From positions 4,680,001 to 4,712,000 of the forward strand of contig NZ_LN831024.1 of the NCBI RefSeq assembly GCF_001457615.1: 32,000 nucleotides of DNA, in the 5' to 3' direction. Origin of the DNA: Pseudomonas aeruginosa. Its GTDB lineage: Bacteria; Pseudomonadota; Gammaproteobacteria; Pseudomonadales; Pseudomonadaceae. A program made the position numbers and the translations under genes. The notes beneath the pieces were generated by a model that was not told the origin of the DNA, made no database searches, and saw only the letters and a list, made by a program, of their open reading frames with translations. Shown in pieces: positions 18,206 to 27,192 of this stretch; the stretch's first letter is position 1, and the number at the start of each line of letters is the position of its first letter.

Positions 18206-19723
18206 ATGGAAACCTTGAACTACCTCGGCCAGGGCTTCGGCGTCGCGATGACGCCGACCAACCTGATCACCGCGCTGATCGGCACCCTGATCGGCACCAT
18301 CGTAGGCCTGCTGCCAGGCCTCGGTCCGATCAACGGCGTGGCACTGCTGATCCCGGTGGCCTTCGCCCTCGGCCTGCCGCCGGAAACCGCGCTGATCCTG
18401 CTCGCCGCCGTATACCTGGGCTGCGAATACGGCGGGCGGATCAGCTCGATCCTGCTCAACATCCCCGGCGAAGCCTCGACCGTGATGACCACCCTCGACG
18501 GCTACCCGATGGCACGCAAGGGCCTGGCCGGCGTGGCCCTGTCGCTGTCGGCCTGGAGTTCGTTCATTGGCGCTTTCATCGCCACCTGCGGGATGGTCCT
18601 GTTCGCCCCGCTGCTGGCCAAGTGGGCGATCGCCTTCGGTCCGGCGGAATATTTCGTGCTGATGGTGTTCGCCATCGTCTGCCTCGGCGGGATGGCCGGC
18701 GACCGCCCGCTGAAGACCCTGCTGGCGGCGCTGCTCGGGCTGTTCCTGTCGAGCGTCGGGATCGACGCCAACAGCGGCGTGTACCGCTTCACCGGGGACA
18801 GCATCCACCTCGCCGACGGCATCCAGTTCGTGGTCCTGGTGCTGGGCCTGTTCTCGGTCAGCGAGATCCTCCTGCTGCTGGAGAAGACCCACCACGGCCA
18901 GGAGGCGGTGAAAGCCACCGGACGCATGCTGTTCAACTTCAAGGAGGCCGCCAGCGTATTCCTGGTCAACCTGCGCTGCGGTCTGCTCGGTTTCGTTATG
19001 GGCGTACTGCCCGGCGCCGGCGCGACCCTGGCAAGCGCGGTGGCCTATATGACCGAGAAGAAGCTGGCCGGTGCCAAGGGCGAGTTCGGCAAGGGCGACA
19101 TGCGCGGCCTGGCCGCTCCCGAGACCGCCATCGGCGCCTCCGCCTGCGGCGCCATGGTGCCGATGCTGACCCTCGGCGTGCCCGGCTCGGGTACCACTGC
19201 GGTGATGATCGGCGCCCTGACCCTGTACAACATCACTCCCGGCCCGCTGCTGTTCCAGCAGCAACCGGACATCGTCTGGGGCCTGATCGCCTCGCTGTTC
19301 ATCGCCAACGTCATGCTGATCATCCTCAACGTGCCGATGGTCCGCGTATTCACCCGCATCCTCGCGGTGCCGAACTGGGCCCTGGTGCCGGCCATCGCGA
19401 TCATCACCGGGATCGGCGTGTACGGCGTGCATGCGACCACCTTCGACCTGTTCCTGATGGTCGGCATCGGCGTGATCGGCTATATCCTGCGCAAGCTCGA
19501 CTTCCCGCTCTCGCCGCTGCTGCTGGGCTTCATCCTCGGTGGACTGATGGAGCAGAACCTGCGCCGCGCGCTGTCGATCTCCAACGGTGAACTGGGCATC
19601 CTCTGGTCGAGCCCGATCAGCCTGGTGACCTGGGCGCTGGTGGTGGTAATGCTGCTGTTGCCGCTGGTCCGCGCCTGGCGCCGCCGCGTGGCCCGTCGCG
19701 CGACAGGGCTGGCCGATGCCTGA
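18206..19723 (+). CDS. tctA: TctA-type large membrane subunit
   Basis: 505 aa, FGVAMTPTNLITALIGTLIGTIVGLLPGLGPINGVALLIP and CGAMVPMLTLGVPGSGTTAVMIGAL family signatures. Confidence 0.95.
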   Translation: METLNYLGQGFGVAMTPTNLITALIGTLIGTIVGLLPGLGPINGVALLIPVAFALGLPPETALILLAAVYLGCEYGGRISSILLNIPGEASTVMTTLDGYPMARKGLAGVALSLSAWSSFIGAFIATCGMVLFAPLLAKWAIAFGPAEYFVLMVFAIVCLGGMAGDRPLKTLLAALLGLFLSSVGIDANSGVYRFTGDSIHLADGIQFVVLVLGLFSVSEILLLLEKTHHGQEAVKATGRMLFNFKEAASVFLVNLRCGLLGFVMGVLPGAGATLASAVAYMTEKKLAGAKGEFGKGDMRGLAAPETAIGASACGAMVPMLTLGVPGSGTTAVMIGALTLYNITPGPLLFQQQPDIVWGLIASLFIANVMLIILNVPMVRVFTRILAVPNWALVPAIAIITGIGVYGVHATTFDLFLMVGIGVIGYILRKLDFPLSPLLLGFILGGLMEQNLRRALSISNGELGILWSSPISLVTWALVVVMLLLPLVRAWRRRVARRATGLADA

Positions 19724-20753
19724 GCGCGTCACCTGGAGGCTGTACTGGGCGACGCCGCTGGTGGGCGCCCTTGGCGGCTGGCTGGCAAGCCTGGTCGGCT
19801 GGCCGCTGCCGTGGATGATCGGCTCGCTGCTTGCGGTGATGCTGGTGCGTTGCCTGGCCGACCTGCCGCTGGCCGAAGTGCCGGGGGCACGCAAGTGCGG
19901 GCAATGGATCGTCGGCATCGGCATCGGCCTGCACTTCACCCCGGCAGTGATCGAGCAAGTGCTGGCGCATAGCGTGATCATCGTCTTCGGCGCCGTGGCC
20001 ACCACGCTTTCCAGCGTGCTGGCGATCGCCTTCATGCGCCGCAGCGGCGAGGACCGCGCCACCGCGTTCTTCGCCAGCATGCCCGGTGGTGCCAGCGAGA
20101 TGGTCAACCTCGGGCAGCGCCACGGCGCGGTGCTCAGCCGCGTCGCCGCAGCGCAGAGCCTGCGCCTGTTGCTGGTAGTGCTGCTGGTGCCGGCGGCGTT
20201 CCAGTACCTGCTCGGCGGCGGCCAGCCAGGCCCGCACCAGGCCGCGCCGGTGGACTGGCACTGGCTGGCCCTGCTGTTCCCGGCCGGGGCGCTGGTCGCG
20301 CTGGGCTGGCAGAAGTTGCGCCAACCCAATCCCTGGCTGCTCGGCCCGCTGTTGCTGGCGGCCGGCGTCAGCCTCGGCTTCGACCTGCATATCGGCCTGC
20401 CGGCCGGTTCCAGCGGCGTCGGCCAATGGCTGATCGGCAGCGCCCTGGGTTGCCATTTCAACCGCAGTTTCTTCCGCAGCGCTCCAGCCTTCGTCAGTCG
20501 TACCCTGGTCTGCACGCTGTGGATGATGTTCGCCGCGGCGCTCGCCGCCGAGTTGCTCGGCTGGCTGACCACCCTCGACCACCAGTCGCTGATGCTCGGC
20601 ATGATGCCCGGCGGCATCGCCGAGCTGAGCCTGACCGCCGAAGCCTTGCAGCTCTCGGTGCCGCTGGTCACCGCCTTGCAGGTACTGAGGCTATTGCTGG
20701 TGCTGTTCCTCGCCGAGCCGTGCTTCCGCTACTGGAGGAAGCGCGCCGGCTGA
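19716..20753 (+). CDS. AbrB-family membrane protein
   Basis: 345 aa, about ten hydrophobic segments in two related halves (LGGWLASLVGWPLPWMIGSLLAV ... LLTTLDHQSLMLGMMPGGIAELSLTA); overlaps tctA by 8 bp. Confidence 0.85.
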   Translation: MPERVTWRLYWATPLVGALGGWLASLVGWPLPWMIGSLLAVMLVRCLADLPLAEVPGARKCGQWIVGIGIGLHFTPAVIEQVLAHSVIIVFGAVATTLSSVLAIAFMRRSGEDRATAFFASMPGGASEMVNLGQRHGAVLSRVAAAQSLRLLLVVLLVPAAFQYLLGGGQPGPHQAAPVDWHWLALLFPAGALVALGWQKLRQPNPWLLGPLLLAAGVSLGFDLHIGLPAGSSGVGQWLIGSALGCHFNRSFFRSAPAFVSRTLVCTLWMMFAAALAAELLGWLTTLDHQSLMLGMMPGGIAELSLTAEALQLSVPLVTALQVLRLLLVLFLAEPCFRYWRKRAG

Positions 20754-20764
20754 TCGAGCCACGC

Positions 20765-20818
20765 CGCCACACTGGATGTGTGGCGTTTTCCAGCCCGCCT
20801 CGTGCGGGCTTTTTTTTC
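20765..20818 (+). terminator. Double terminator after the opdH-tctCBA-abrB cluster
   Basis: CGCCACAC-TGGAT-GTGTGGCG-TTTT followed by AGCCCGC-CTCGT-GCGGGCT-TTTTTTT. Confidence 0.9.
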
Positions 20819-20879
20819 CGGGCGCGGTCAGAGGCACACAGCGGCGCCCACCATGTGAAGAGCTGGGCGACAGCGGCCT

Positions 20880-21575
20880 TCAGAGGTCCGGCAGCGACCA
20901 GTCGATAGGCGTCTTGCCGTTCTGCTCGAGGAACTTGTTGGTGCGGCTGAAGTGGCCGTTGCCGAGGAAACCGCGGTAGGCCGACAACGGCGACGGGTGC
21001 GCCGACTTGAGAATCAGGTGGCGCTGCGGGTCGATCAGCTTCTGCTTGCTCTGCGCGTGGCTGCCCCAGAGCAGGAACACCAGGCGCTCGCAACGCTCGT
21101 TGACCACCTCGATGACGCGGTCGGTGAACGGCTGCCAGCCGGCATTGGCGTGGGAGCCGGCCTTGGCCTGCTCGACGGTCAGGGAGGTATTGAGCAACAG
21201 CACGCCCTGCTCCGCCCAGCGCTGCAGGTAGCCGTTGTTGGGAATCGGGATGTTCAGGTCGCGGTTGAGTTCCTTGTAGATGTTCTGCAAGGACGGCGGC
21301 GTCGGCACGCCGGGCTGCACCGAGAAGCACAGGCCGTGGGCCTGGCCTGGTCCGTGGTAGGGATCCTGGCCGATGATCACCACCTTGACGTTCTCCAGCG
21401 GCGTGGTGTTCAGCGCGTTGAAGATCAATGGCCCGGGCGGAAAGATCACCTTGCCGGCGGCCTTCTCCTGGCGCAGGAACTCGCCCAGTTGCTTCATGTA
21501 GGGCTTGTCGAATTCCTCGCGCAGCGCTTCCTTCCAACTCGCCTCGAGCTTGATGCGGTCGTCGTTATCGGTCAT
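20880..21575 (-). CDS. ung: Uracil-DNA glycosylase
   Basis: 231 aa; [22 protein letters not shown] and [27 protein letters not shown] motifs. Confidence 0.98.
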
Positions 21576-21595
21576 GGAACCCCCTGTCTCGGTAC

Positions 21596-21622
21596 TGAAA
21601 AAGTCGTCCGGCCTTTTTCAGA
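21596..21622 (-). terminator. AT-rich hairpin between the VanW-like gene and ung
   Basis: CTGAAAAAG / CTTTTTCAG perfect 9-bp arms, 9-nt loop; function (terminator, leader hairpin) unclear. Confidence 0.45.
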
Positions 21623-21656
21623 AGGTCGCCGACAGCCTGTGGCCGCGGAACCGTAG

Positions 21657-21695
21657 AAAAGCCCGCCGCGCTTGTCAATCTCGGGACAGGCGGGC
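21657..21695 (-). terminator. Possible terminator overlapping the stop codon of the VanW-like gene
   Basis: Minus strand GCCCGCC-N21-GGCGGGC-TTTTC; the stop codon (21675-21677) is inside the loop. Confidence 0.4.
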
Positions 21696-22496
21696 CTCTT
21701 CCACCGGATACTTCACGCGCACCCGGTTGCGGTACAGGCACTCGCTGGCCAGCAGGGTGCCGGCCTGGCCCTTTTCCCGGATGTCGCGCCAGATCTCGTT
21801 GAGCCTCAGCACCGCATCGCCGTCGCGGACAAAGCGCTGGGCCCTCTCATAGACGTGGTAGCGCACAGGGCGCGGCGCGCTGCACAGCAGTTCGCCTTCC
21901 AGTTGGTGGGCGGCGATATGGAAGCGCAGCTGGAAGGTATCCGCCGTCGGATTGTGCAGCACCAGGTCGATGAAGTTGTAGAAGATCGCCGCGCCCGAGC
22001 CGAACGGCAGGATCCGTCCCTCGTCGGGAAACGGGTCGAAGCTGTGGTTGGCCCGCTCCACCACGCGCAGCGGGGAATGCAGGGCCATCCAGTGGATCAG
22101 GTTGCTCAGTTGGCAGATGCCGCCGCCGATTCCGCTGCGCGCCTCGCCGAAGGACAACTCCATACCTTCGACGAAGCCACGCCGGGCGCTGGGCCGACCG
22201 ACCAGCCGGCAGAACGAGAAGTACTCGCCGGGGCCGATGCTCACGCCGTTCATGCAGTCCACCGCCAGGCGCAGGTTGACCACCTTGTTGCGTTGCAGGG
22301 CGAGGTCGCTGTCGCCGAGGCGGCGGATCAACTTCGAGGTGTGCTTGATGTAGCGGTACGGCAGGCGCTCGTCGATCGATGGCAACCGCACGTAGCGACG
22401 GCCGCCAAGACGCCAGCGGCAGTGCCGCCAGAGACGTCGTTGCCAGACCCGCAGCCAGTAGAGCCAGGGGTGGTAGAGCGATAGGGGTTTGCGCAT
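21675..22496 (-). CDS. VanW-like protein
   Basis: 273 aa from MRKPLSLYHPWLYWLRVW; VNLRLAVDCMNGVSIGPGEYFSFCRLVGRPSARRGFVEGMEL...GIGGGICQLSNLIHWMALHSPLRVVERANHS is typical of VanW domains. Confidence 0.85.
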   Translation of the reverse strand: MRKPLSLYHPWLYWLRVWQRRLWRHCRWRLGGRRYVRLPSIDERLPYRYIKHTSKLIRRLGDSDLALQRNKVVNLRLAVDCMNGVSIGPGEYFSFCRLVGRPSARRGFVEGMELSFGEARSGIGGGICQLSNLIHWMALHSPLRVVERANHSFDPFPDEGRILPFGSGAAIFYNFIDLVLHNPTADTFQLRFHIAAHQLEGELLCSAPRPVRYHVYERAQRFVRDGDAVLRLNEIWRDIREKGQAGTLLASECLYRNRVRVKYPVEEARLSRD

Positions 22497-22552
22497 CGAC
22501 GATCCTTGTCGGTCTCGGCCCACGGGCAGGATGCAGCATTATGCCCGGAGCA

Positions 22553-23434
22553 CTAGCCCTGGTGCAGCGCCCGGTAGTGACTGGGCGCCATGCCCACCAC
22601 CTTGCGGAACAGCCGCGAGAAGTAATAGGGATCGGCGTAGCCGAGCTGCTCGGCGATCTGCCGCACCTCCAGCGCGCCCTCGTCGAGCAGGCGGCAGGCA
22701 TGGGCCATCTTCATCTGGATGAAATCCTGGATCGGCGCCTGGCCGGTCAGGGCGCGATAGGTCTTGGCGAAATGGAAGCGCGACAGCTTGAACTGCGCCG
22801 CCAGCTCGTCGAGGTTGAGGCTGTCGTGCAGGTGCGCGCGCATCAGCGCCTGCACCGCGTCGATGTCCAGCACCCGTCCGGATTTCAGGCTGGCCCGCGC
22901 CGGACGCACCGCCAGCGAGGTGAGCAGGCCCTGCAACAGGTGCGCGGCATGGATGAAGTGCGGCAGGCTGAGGCCCTGGCGACGCAGCGCCAGCAGCGCA
23001 TCGAACTCCGCCAGCAGGCGCGGCTGCATGCCCAGGCGCAGGCGCGGGGCGCTGCCCAGCGGACGCAGGAAATCCTCCGCCAGTCCGCCTTCGAAATGTA
23101 CCCAGTAGATGCTCCAGGGCCGCTGCGAGTCGGCGCCGTAGGCATGTTCCCGGCCCTTGGGCAGGACCAGCAGGTCGCCGCCGCCGACCTCGACGCGCTC
23201 GCCGGCACACTCCAGCCAGCCGCGTCCGGCCCGGCAGTAGATCAACAGGTTGTCGTCCGGCGCGCGCCGCTGCATGTGGTGGCCATGCGCCTCCGGATAG
23301 TAACCGAGGGCCAGCGGGTAGCAGGCCTGGCCGAGCGGATGGCGGGCCAGGGCGCGACGCAGGCGGGGCGGCGTGATGAAACGCACCCCCTGGTTGGGCA
23401 GGGGCCAGGCGGAGGTCTGTACGGAACGCTTCAC
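22553..23434 (-). CDS. AraC-family transcriptional regulator
   Basis: About 293 aa from a GTG at 23432-23434 (start tentative): cupin-like N-terminus, C-terminal HTH LNLDELAAQFKLSRFHFAKTYRALTGQAPIQDFIQMKMAHACRLLDEG...IAEQLGYADPYYFSRLFRKVVGMAPSHYR. Hidden in the 837-aa minus ORF. Confidence 0.92.
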   Translation of the reverse strand: MKRSVQTSAWPLPNQGVRFITPPRLRRALARHPLGQACYPLALGYYPEAHGHHMQRRAPDDNLLIYCRAGRGWLECAGERVEVGGGDLLVLPKGREHAYGADSQRPWSIYWVHFEGGLAEDFLRPLGSAPRLRLGMQPRLLAEFDALLALRRQGLSLPHFIHAAHLLQGLLTSLAVRPARASLKSGRVLDIDAVQALMRAHLHDSLNLDELAAQFKLSRFHFAKTYRALTGQAPIQDFIQMKMAHACRLLDEGALEVRQIAEQLGYADPYYFSRLFRKVVGMAPSHYRALHQG

Positions 23435-23461
23435 GGCGACGCGACTCGGTAGTCTGAATCC

Positions 23462-23497
23462 CAAGATCGTCCATCCCTTGCGCAAGATCGTCAATCC
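23462..23497 (+). promoter_or_regulatory. Candidate AraC-type operator (direct repeat, 21-bp period)
   Basis: CAAGATCGTCCATCC (23462-23476) and CAAGATCGTCAATCC (23483-23497), 14/15 identical, just upstream of TATAAC at 23518-23523. Confidence 0.7.
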
Positions 23498-23566
23498 ACA
23501 GGCGGCTTGCGGCCGGCTATAACGACTCAAAACAACATCCCGGTCCACCGGGAAGCGGAGGCGACG

Positions 23567-25075
23567 ATGGCCAAGGCAATCCCCCAGCTGATCGACGGCG
23601 AATGGCGCGGCAGCCGTTCCCGCGAGCTGGTCGAAGTCACCGATCCGGCGACCCAGGACGTCCTCGCGCTGGCGCCGAAGGCCACCGCCGACGAGATCGA
23701 GCAGGCCATCGCCAGCGCCCAGCGCGCCTTCGAGACCTGGCGCGAAGTCCCGGCTCCCGAGCGAGCGCGGTTGATGCTGCGCTACCAGCACCTGCTCAAG
23801 GAACACCACGACGAACTCGGCGAACTGCTGGCCCGGGAGACCGGCAAGAACCTCGCCGATGCCAAGGGCGACGTGTGGCGCGGCATCGAGGTGGTCGAAC
23901 ACGCCGCCAACGTGGCCAGCCTGATGATGGGCGAGACGGTGGAAAACGTCGCCCGCGAGATCGACACCGCCAGTTGGATCCAGCCCCTCGGCGTGTGCGC
24001 CGGGATCACCCCGTTCAATTTCCCGGCGATGATCCCGCTGTGGATGTTCCCGCTGGCCATCGCCTGCGGCAACACCTTCGTCCTCAAGCCCTCCGAACAG
24101 GATCCGCTGACACCCAACCGCCTCGCCGAGCTGTTCCTCGAGGCCGGCGCGCCGAAGGGCGTGCTGCAGGTGATTCATGGCGGCCGCGAGCAGGTCGATG
24201 CCCTCCTCACCCACCCGGACATCCGGGCGATTTCCTTCGTCGGCTCGGTCGCCGTCGGCCAGCACGTGTACCGCACCGGCACCGCGCACCTGAAGCGGGT
24301 GCAGGCCTTCGCCGGGGCGAAGAACCACATGGTGATCCTCCCCGACGCGAACAAGGCCCAGGTTCTCGGCAACCTGGTCGGCGCCAGTTGCGGCGCCGCC
24401 GGCCAGCGCTGCATGGCGATCAGCGCGGCGGTGTTCGTCGGCGCGGCGCGCGAGTGGATTCCCGAACTGGCCGAGCGGATGGCCGCCCTGCGCCCCGGCC
24501 ACTGGCAGGACCCGGACGCCGCCTATGGTCCGCTGATCAGCCCGCAGGCGCGCCAGCGCGTGCTGCGCCTGATCGCCGAAGGCAAGGCGGAAGGCGCCGA
24601 GTGCCTGCTCGACGGCTCGCAGTGCCAGGTCGAAGGCTATCCCAACGGCAACTGGCTCGGTCCCACCCTGTTCCGCGCAGTGACGCCGAAGATGGGCCTG
24701 TACCGCGAGGAGATCTTCGGCCCGGTGCTGGCTTGCCTGGAGGTCGATACCCTGGAAGAGGCGATTGCCCTGGTCAACGCCAATCCCTATGGCAACGGCA
24801 CCAGCCTGTTCACCCGCTCCGGCGGCGCCGCTCGGCGCTACCAGCACGCGGTGCAGGTCGGCCAGGTGGGGATCAACGTGCCGATCCCGGTACCGCTGCC
24901 GTTCTTCTCCTTCACCGGCTGGAAGGGTTCCTTCTACGGCGACCTGCACGCCTACGGCAAGCAGGCGGTGCGCTTCTATACCGAGACCAAGACCGTCACC
25001 AGCCGCTGGTTCGACGATGAACCGACGACCGACGAATCGTCGGCCGGCCCGAACATGACCATCCATCTCAAGTGA
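23567..25075 (+). CDS. CoA-acylating (methylmalonate-semialdehyde type) aldehyde dehydrogenase
   Basis: 502 aa from [16 protein letters not shown]; [52 protein letters not shown] (catalytic Cys). Confidence 0.92.
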   Translation: MAKAIPQLIDGEWRGSRSRELVEVTDPATQDVLALAPKATADEIEQAIASAQRAFETWREVPAPERARLMLRYQHLLKEHHDELGELLARETGKNLADAKGDVWRGIEVVEHAANVASLMMGETVENVAREIDTASWIQPLGVCAGITPFNFPAMIPLWMFPLAIACGNTFVLKPSEQDPLTPNRLAELFLEAGAPKGVLQVIHGGREQVDALLTHPDIRAISFVGSVAVGQHVYRTGTAHLKRVQAFAGAKNHMVILPDANKAQVLGNLVGASCGAAGQRCMAISAAVFVGAAREWIPELAERMAALRPGHWQDPDAAYGPLISPQARQRVLRLIAEGKAEGAECLLDGSQCQVEGYPNGNWLGPTLFRAVTPKMGLYREEIFGPVLACLEVDTLEEAIALVNANPYGNGTSLFTRSGGAARRYQHAVQVGQVGINVPIPVPLPFFSFTGWKGSFYGDLHAYGKQAVRFYTETKTVTSRWFDDEPTTDESSAGPNMTIHLK

Positions 25076-25086
25076 CCCGAGGACCT

Positions 25087-26250
25087 ATGGATTTCGACCT
25101 CACCGAAGAACAACGCCTGCTGGTGGAGAGCGCCCGCGCCTTCGCCCGCCACGAACTGGCGCCGAAGGCGGCCGACTGGGACCGCGACCATCACTTCCCG
25201 GTGGAAGTCATCCGCGCCGCCGCCGAACAGGGCTACCTCGGCCTGTACATCGCCGAGGAAGACGGCGGCCTGGGCCTGTCGCGGCTGTCCACTTCGCTGA
25301 TCTTCGAGCAACTGGCCGCCGGCTGCGTGGCCACTACCGCCTACATCAGCATCCACAACATGGCCGCCTGGATGCTCGCCTCGTTCGGCGACGCGGCGCT
25401 GAAGGAGGCCTGGCTGCCCGGCCTGATCGGCGGCGAGTCGCTCGCCTCCTATTGCCTGACCGAGCCCGATGCCGGCTCCGACGCCGCGCGCCTGCGCACC
25501 CGCGCCCGCCGCGAGGGCGACGAATACGTGCTGGACGGCAGCAAGTGCTTCATTTCCGGCGCCGGCAGCACCCAGGTGCTGATCGTCATGGCGCGCACCG
25601 GCGAGGACGGCGCCAGGGGCATCTCCTGCTTCCTGGTGCCGGCCGACGCGCCCGGCATCCGCTACGGCCGCAACGAGGACAAGATGGGCTGGCGCGCGCA
25701 GCCGACCCGCACCATCACCTTCGAAGGCGTGCGCATCCCCGCCGGCAACCGCATCGGCCCGGAGGGCCAGGGCTTCGTCTATGCCATGAAAGGCCTCGAC
25801 GGCGGCCGCCTGAACATCGCCAGTTGTTCACTGGGCGCCGCCCAGGCGGCGCTGGAGCAGTCGATGCGCTACGTCGAGGAGCGCGAGCAGTTCGGCAAGC
25901 CGCTGGCGACCTTCCAGGCCTTGCAGTTCAAGCTCGCCGACATGCTCACCGAACTCACCGCCAGCCGCCAGATGGTCCGCCTCGGCGCCCATCGGCTGGA
26001 CCGCGGCGACGCCGAGGCGACCCTGTACTGCGCAATGGCCAAGCGCTTCGCCACCGACCGCTGCTTCGATGTCTGCAACGAGGCCTTGCAACTGCACGGC
26101 GGCTACGGCTATCTCAACGATTATCCGCTGGAGCGCTGGGTACGCGACACCCGCGTGCACCAGATCCTCGAAGGCACCAACGAAATCATGCGGGTGATCG
26201 TCGCCCGCCGCCTGCTGGAGCAGGGCGGCATGCTCGATCGCCTGCTGTGA
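25087..26250 (+). CDS. Acyl-CoA dehydrogenase (isobutyryl-CoA dehydrogenase-like)
   Basis: 387 aa from MDFDLTEEQRLLVESARAFARHEL; CLTEPDAGSDAARLRTRA; QLHGGYGYLNDYPLERWVRDTRVHQILEGTNEIMR. Confidence 0.93.
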   Translation: MDFDLTEEQRLLVESARAFARHELAPKAADWDRDHHFPVEVIRAAAEQGYLGLYIAEEDGGLGLSRLSTSLIFEQLAAGCVATTAYISIHNMAAWMLASFGDAALKEAWLPGLIGGESLASYCLTEPDAGSDAARLRTRARREGDEYVLDGSKCFISGAGSTQVLIVMARTGEDGARGISCFLVPADAPGIRYGRNEDKMGWRAQPTRTITFEGVRIPAGNRIGPEGQGFVYAMKGLDGGRLNIASCSLGAAQAALEQSMRYVEEREQFGKPLATFQALQFKLADMLTELTASRQMVRLGAHRLDRGDAEATLYCAMAKRFATDRCFDVCNEALQLHGGYGYLNDYPLERWVRDTRVHQILEGTNEIMRVIVARRLLEQGGMLDRLL

Positions 26251-26315
26251 ACGCCGCGAACCATCGCATCCGATAGTGCCGGGACGCCCCGGCCCATGAT
26301 CCAGTGAGGGACTTC

Positions 26316-27134
26316 ATGAACACTGCCGTCGAACCCTACAAGGCTTCCTCCTTCGACCTGACCCACAAGCTCACCGTGGAAAAGCACGGGCACACCGCGC
26401 TGATCACCATCAACCACCCGCCGGCCAACACCTGGGACCGCGACTCGCTGATCGGCCTGCGCCAACTGATCGAGCACCTCAACCGCGACGACGATATCTA
26501 CGCCCTGGTAGTGACCGGCCAGGGGCCGAAGTTCTTCTCCGCCGGCGCCGACCTGAACATGTTCGCCGACGGCGACAAGGCCCGCGCTCGCGAGATGGCC
26601 CGCCGCTTCGGCGAAGCCTTCGAGGCGCTGCGCGATTTCCGCGGGGTGTCGATCGCGGCGATCAACGGCTACGCCATGGGCGGCGGGCTGGAGTGCGCCC
26701 TCGCCTGCGACATCCGCATCGCCGAGCGCCAGGCGCAGATGGCCCTGCCGGAGGCCGCGGTGGGCCTGCTGCCCTGCGCCGGCGGGACCCAGGCGCTGCC
26801 CTGGCTGGTGGGCGAAGGCTGGGCCAAGCGGATGATCCTCTGCAACGAGCGGGTGGATGCGGAAACCGCCCTGCGCATCGGCCTGGTCGAACAGGTGGTG
26901 GACAGCGGCGAGGCGCGCGGCGCCGCCCTGCTGCTGGCGGCCAAGGTGGCACGCCAGAGCCCGGTGGCGATCCGCACCATCAAGCCGCTGATCCAGGGTG
27001 CCCGCGAACGCGCGCCGAACACCTGGCTGCCGGAGGAGCGCGAGCGCTTCGTCGATCTGTTCGACGCCCAGGACACCCGCGAAGGGGTCAACGCCTTCCT
27101 CGAGAAGCGCGATCCCAAGTGGCGCAACTGCTGA
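26316..27134 (+). CDS. dspI: Enoyl-CoA hydratase/isomerase, DspI-like
   Basis: 272 aa from MNTAVEPYKASSFDLTHKLTVEKHG; crotonase motifs FSAGADLNMFADG and AINGYAMGGGLECALACDIRIAE. Symbol based on recalled gene context in P. aeruginosa. Confidence 0.8.
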   Translation: MNTAVEPYKASSFDLTHKLTVEKHGHTALITINHPPANTWDRDSLIGLRQLIEHLNRDDDIYALVVTGQGPKFFSAGADLNMFADGDKARAREMARRFGEAFEALRDFRGVSIAAINGYAMGGGLECALACDIRIAERQAQMALPEAAVGLLPCAGGTQALPWLVGEGWAKRMILCNERVDAETALRIGLVEQVVDSGEARGAALLLAAKVARQSPVAIRTIKPLIQGARERAPNTWLPEERERFVDLFDAQDTREGVNAFLEKRDPKWRNC

Positions 27135-27192
27135 GCCTTCCCATCGAACCCGGCGGGCTGCGCCACAGCCCGCCCGAGCCGAGAGCCCCGAC

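Noticed and set aside
18098-20671. 857-aa minus ORF
   Set aside because: Antisense to tctA and the AbrB-family gene, both of which have clear domain signatures; protein is Q/H/R-rich without recognisable motifs.
22553-25066. 837-aa minus ORF
   Set aside because: Real coding part is the AraC regulator (22553-about 23434); the upstream part is the antisense frame of the aldehyde dehydrogenase.
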